A stretch of 21,300 nucleotides of DNA. Origin: Candidatus Caldarchaeales archaeon. Lineage in GTDB: Archaea; Thermoproteota; Nitrososphaeria_A; Caldarchaeales; Calditenuaceae. Below are positions 17,436-21,300 of the stretch, one piece after another (position 1 is the stretch's first letter; the number at the start of each line of letters is the position of its first letter). The position numbers were made by a program, and so were the translations under genes. The stretch is taken from NCBI GenBank assembly GCA_039630085.1, contig JBCNVM010000016.1, positions 1 to 21,300 of the forward strand, in the 5' to 3' direction. The notes under the pieces were generated by a model that was not told the DNA's origin, made no database searches, and saw only the letters and a program-made list of their open reading frames with translations.

Positions 17436-17875
17436 AGGGGTTGCAGGAGGTCGCGGCCATACTCCTCTCGGTCGCCTCGTGCGTCGTCCTAGTCGTGATG
17501 TGGGTCGTCAGCAGGCCTCCGGCTCGCGGAATCCCCCCGAGGCCACAGCGGAGTTGGATCGAGCATCGGGCGGCGCCTGCGGAGGAGCTCCCCGAGGTCG
17601 AACGGGTCGGAGAGGAAGCCGTGCGACCCGCCCAGCCGGCTCAGGAGCCTGCCCAGCAGCCGCAACCGGCGAAGCAAGCCGACGCCGGGTCCGAGGGTCC
17701 TAAGAGGGAGGACTTCCCGAAACAAGAGGCGACGGCCGTCCGGACTCAAGAGGCGGAGGTTGACGAAGGTCTCGACGAGCTGCTTCCGCTCATCGAGGGC
17801 GTCAAGTCCTCCTACTTCGAGCTGATGGAGGAGCTGAGGAGGCTGAGGTCAGCGCTGTCTGGAGAGAAGGGATAG
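17432..17875 (+). CDS. Single-pass membrane protein with Pro/Gln/Glu-rich linker and C-terminal coiled coil (ArlX-like architecture)
   Basis: The real part of track ORF 16148..17875. GTG 17432 overlaps the flaJ stop (GTGA); alternative TTG at 17441. TM segment VAAILLSVASCVVLVVMWVV; C-terminus [29 protein letters not shown]. Confidence 0.75.
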   Translation: MKGLQEVAAILLSVASCVVLVVMWVVSRPPARGIPPRPQRSWIEHRAAPAEELPEVERVGEEAVRPAQPAQEPAQQPQPAKQADAGSEGPKREDFPKQEATAVRTQEAEVDEGLDELLPLIEGVKSSYFELMEELRRLRSALSGEKG

Positions 17876-18346
17876 CGCCTCCTTCGACTTCTCGTGGACT
17901 TCGTCGCCGTGGTGCTGGACGTTCCTGACGGCCTTCCCCTTCGTGACCGCGGCCAGCTCCGACGACGAGAGCAGCGCCTCGCCGATCGCGATCGCCTGGC
18001 CGGCCCTCTCCTCCCTCACGACGACGTAGTCGCCCCTCGAGAACTCGCCCTCGACCCTCACGATCCCGGGCCTCATGACCGAGGCGCCGTCGACGATGTG
18101 CCTGACCGCGCCGACGTCGACGTAGACCGAGGGCATCGCGGCGAGGAGGGGGCCGTTGATCCTGTCGTCTGCGACCGGGAGCAGCCTCCCCGCCTCCTCG
18201 AAGAACGCGTTCCCGTCGACCACGACCACTTTCACCCCGCCCTCCTCGAGCACCGCGCCGGTCCTCCCCTCGACCCCGAAGCCCCTGCGCCTCAGCTCAT
18301 CCCTCAGCCTCTTCAGGTCAGACTTGCTGAGCAGGTGGAACCTCAT
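17849..18346 (-). CDS. PUA-domain RNA-binding protein (MCT-1/Tma20-like, DUF1947 + PUA)
   Basis: [10 protein letters not shown]-terminus, [41 protein letters not shown] 18346 lies ~27 nt after CTTAAAG. Confidence 0.9.
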   Translation of the reverse strand: MRFHLLSKSDLKRLRDELRRRGFGVEGRTGAVLEEGGVKVVVVDGNAFFEEAGRLLPVADDRINGPLLAAMPSVYVDVGAVRHIVDGASVMRPGIVRVEGEFSRGDYVVVREERAGQAIAIGEALLSSSELAAVTKGKAVRNVQHHGDEVHEKSKEALSLLSRQR

Positions 18347-18437
18347 TCCGCCCACGGAGCTCAGGCCCTCGCTTTAAGGAGGCGCCGGGCTAACCCTAAA
18401 TGCGGCCTACCACCATCTGACGGAAACGGGGGCAGCT

Positions 18438-20224
18438 ATGCCGGAGCGGATCATCGGGATAGACTTGGGCACCAGCAACTCGGCCGCGGCGGTGGTCATC
18501 GACGGGAAGCCCGTGATGATACCCGCCAGCGAGGGCTTCACGGCGTACGGGAAGGCCTTCCCCTCCTACGTCGCGGTGACCAAGGACGGCCAGCTGCTGG
18601 TCGGGGAGCCGGCGAGGAGGCAGGCGGTGACGAACCCCGAGGGCACGGCCACGGGCTTCAAGAGGAAGATGGGCACCGACCACAAGTACGCGCTCCACGG
18701 GAAGGAGTTCACGCCCCAGCAGCTCTCCGCATTCCTCCTCCAGAAGATCAAGAGGGACGCGGAGGCCTTCCTCGGGGAACCGGTGAGGAGGGCGGTGATC
18801 ACGGTCCCCGCCTACTTCAACGACAACCAGAGGCAGGCGACGAAGGACGCCGCGACGATCGCGGGCCTCGAGGCGGTGAGGATCATCAACGAGCCGACCG
18901 CGGCCGCCCTCGCCTACGGGCTGGACAAGGCCGAGCAGGACCTGAAGATCATGGTCTTCGACTTGGGAGGTGGGACGCTGGACGTCACGATAATGGAGAT
19001 GGGAGGAGGGGTCTTCGAGGTCAAGGCGACATCGGGCGACACGCAGCTGGGAGGGAGGGACATGGACGACGCGATCGTCAACTACGTCGTCGGGAAGTTC
19101 AAGGCCGAGACCGGGATAGACCTGACCAGGGACCCGATGGCGATGCACAGGGTGAGGGAGCCGCGGAGAAGGCGAAGATCGAGCTCTCGACGGTCTACGA
19201 GACCGAGATCAACCTCCCCTTCATAGCGAGCGACCCCTCGGGCCCGAAGCACCTCGTGATGACCCTCACGAGGGCGAAGCTCGAGGAGCTGGTGAGGCCG
19301 ATCGTCGAGAGGTGCAGGGGCCCGATGATGCAGGCGCTCGCTGACGCCAAGCTGAGGCCCGAGGAGATCGACAAGGTGATACTGGTCGGAGGCCCGACGA
19401 GGATGCCGATCGTCAGGGAGTTCATCAGGTCCGTGATAGGGAAGGAGCCCGAGAGGGGCGTCGACCCGATGGAGGCGGTCGCGATCGGCGCGGCGATCCA
19501 GGCCGCGATAATCTCCGGCGAGCTGAAGGGCAAGGACATCGTGCTCCTGGACGTCACGCCCCTGACGCTGGGCGTCGAGGTCCTCGGAGGGCTCGTAGAG
19601 CCGATCATCGAGAGGAACACGACTATACCGGTGAGGAGGAGCAAGGTCTTCACGACCGCGGAGGACTTCCAGACGTCGGTGGTGGTCCACGTCGTCCAAG
19701 GGGAGAGGCCGATGGCCGCGGACAACGTCTCGCTCGGGAGGCTCCTGCTGGACGGAATACCTCCGGCCCCGAGGGGAGTCCCGAGGATCGAGGTGACCTT
19801 CGACATCAACGTCGACGGAATACTGACCGTGACCGCGAAGGACCTCGGTACCGGGAAGGAGATCACCGCGAAGATAACCGCGCCCCACAGGCTCTCCAGG
19901 GAGCAGATCGAGAGGATGATCAGGGAGGCAGAGACGTACGCGGAGCAGGACAGGAGGAAGAAGGAGCTCGCCGAGGCGAGGAACGAGGCCGAGTCGCTGA
20001 TCTACTCCGTCGAGAGGGCGCTCAAGGAGTACGGCGACAGGGTGCCGTCGGACCTGAGGTCGAGGGTCGAGGCGGCCGTCAGGGAGCTGAGGGAGGCGGC
20101 GAAGGGCGATGACCTGAGCGCGATCAAGTCCAAGGCCGAGAACCTCCGTAAGGTGGCGCAGGAGATCGGGACCGTGATCTACCAGAGCACGACGCCGTCG
20201 GCGTCGGGCGAGGAGAAGAAGTGA
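18438..20224 (+). CDS. dnaK: Chaperone DnaK (Hsp70) with a 1-nt deletion frameshift at 19160/19161
   Basis: [50 protein letters not shown], then (E)[40 protein letters not shown] in the other frame. GAG-CCGCG where GAG GCC GCG is expected. Confidence 0.95.
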
Positions 20225-20302
20225 CCGGGACTCACGGACATTCCGGGACCTAGCGACATGGCGCTATAGTTCCGGTGCACCTGCTCGGGCAGAGCCGCGT
20301 CC

Positions 20303-20824
20303 CTATCCCACGTGTCCCCCGTTCCTCGGGTCGTCGGCCGCTATCTCGAAGAGCGCCGTGAACTTCCCCGCTGAGGTGAGGACCTCGGCGAAATAGAGGC
20401 CCGGCTCCACCTTCCTGCCCTCGTTGTCGACCTGCTCCCAGACCCACCTGCGGCTCTCCCCGGGTCCCACCTCGACCAGCACCTGCGCCGCGATCGGCGA
20501 GAAGACCAGCCTGCCCTCGGAGTCCAATACGACCCAAGGGGCCGTGTTCGGGAGCGTGACCGGGAAGTCGCATTCGTTCCTCAGGACCAAGACGACCCGC
20601 TCCGAGGCTCCGTAAACGTCCTTCTCGGCCTTGAAGACGACGCAGTCCTTTCTCCTCTCCCTATCCTCAGGAGGGGACTTGGTCACCGTGACGAAGAACC
20701 TCCCGTTCACGTCCTCGACCGGGGCGGTCGTCGTCGCGCCGACCTGCCGCTCCCCGATCAGCATCGCCAGGGCGACCCCCGCGACCACTAGGAGGACTGG
20801 GAGGGACTTCGCCGGCAGGCCCAT
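20303..20824 (-). CDS. Secreted or membrane-anchored Ig-fold protein, BsuPI-like domain
   Basis: Hydrophobic N-terminus MGLPAKSLPVLLVVAGVALAMLIG; AQVLVEVGPGESRRWVWEQVDNEGRKVEPGLY matches the recalled BsuPI-like pattern. ATG 20824 preferred (ATATGTA ~30 nt upstream). Confidence 0.65.
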   Translation of the reverse strand: MGLPAKSLPVLLVVAGVALAMLIGERQVGATTTAPVEDVNGRFFVTVTKSPPEDRERRKDCVVFKAEKDVYGASERVVLVLRNECDFPVTLPNTAPWVVLDSEGRLVFSPIAAQVLVEVGPGESRRWVWEQVDNEGRKVEPGLYFAEVLTSAGKFTALFEIAADDPRNGGHVG

Positions 20825-20936
20825 CCCGATCCCGCCGTGAAAGGGGTGCGTTGTACATATCAGGTTTGCCCAGAGCGCGGCCGACCGGCTAAGGGCCCTT
20901 TCGAGCTGACGCCTCGAGCCCCATCCGCCCATCACA

Positions 20937-20948
20937 CAAGTTATATTA
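20937..20948 (+). promoter_or_regulatory. BRE/TATA promoter of dnaJ
   Basis: CAAGTTATATTA about 30 nt upstream of ATG 20977. Confidence 0.7.
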
Positions 20949-20976
20949 GCTCTCCGGACGACATCGCCCCGGAATC

Positions 20977-21300
20977 ATGCCGAGCAGGCCGAAGAGGGAC
21001 TACTACGAGGTGCTGGGGGTCCCGAGGAACGCGACGAAGGAGGAGATCAAGAGGGCCTACAGGAGGCTCGCGCTCCAGTACCACCCCGACAGGAACAAGT
21101 CGCCAGACGCGGAGGAGAGGTTCAAGGAGATCAGCGAGGCCTACGTGGTCCTCATGGATGACGAGAAGCGGAGGCTCTACGACCTCTACGGCCACGACGG
21201 CCTCTCCCAGGCCTACGCGAGGACCGAGGACATCTTCAGGGGGAGGGAGGCGGACTTCGAGGAGGTCCTCAGGGACCTGGGGTTCGGGGACATCGGCTCG
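20977..21300 (+). CDS. dnaJ: Chaperone DnaJ (5' part, runs off the window)
   Basis: [56 protein letters not shown], a J-domain with HPD, near dnaK. Confidence 0.95.
   Translation, partial: MPSRPKRDYYEVLGVPRNATKEEIKRAYRRLALQYHPDRNKSPDAEERFKEISEAYVVLMDDEKRRLYDLYGHDGLSQAYARTEDIFRGREADFEEVLRDLGFGDIGS

Noticed and set aside
17894-19160. N-terminal part of the 776-aa ORF as a DnaK fusion
   Set aside because: Artefact of the dnaK frameshift; it overlaps the PUA gene and the true dnaK 5' frame.

Overview
High-GC archaeal DNA. The two-intron tRNA, fla2-order archaellum genes, leaderless TATA promoters and a DnaK with a 'GKAFPS' N-terminal insert suggest the Thermoproteota/Nitrososphaeria-Aigarchaeota area (inference, not a database result). 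Left to right: the 3' part of a lower-GC heptad-repeat/nuclease-like gene, tRNA-Gln(CUG) with two BHB introns, coxS-coxM with no adjacent large subunit, aMBF1 lacking its zinc ribbon, hflX, leuB-like, ilvD, a stand-alone atpI, a RifK-like PLP aminotransferase, an AT-rich spacer with nested inverted repeats, an archaellum operon (orf-arlG-arlF-arlH-arlI-arlJ-orf) with no archaellin, a PUA protein, frameshifted dnaK, a BsuPI-like surface protein and the start of dnaJ. The most unusual element is in arlI (flaI): a ~413-aa intein just after Walker B that ends in Met-Asp rather than His-Asn, has degenerate LAGLIDADG motifs and contains an out-of-frame G12 tract (G10 or G13 restores the frame). That is a candidate phase-variation switch hidden in a self-excising segment. 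The first operon gene also has an in-frame TAG. A 1-nt deletion in dnaK shows that assembly error cannot be excluded for these lesions.
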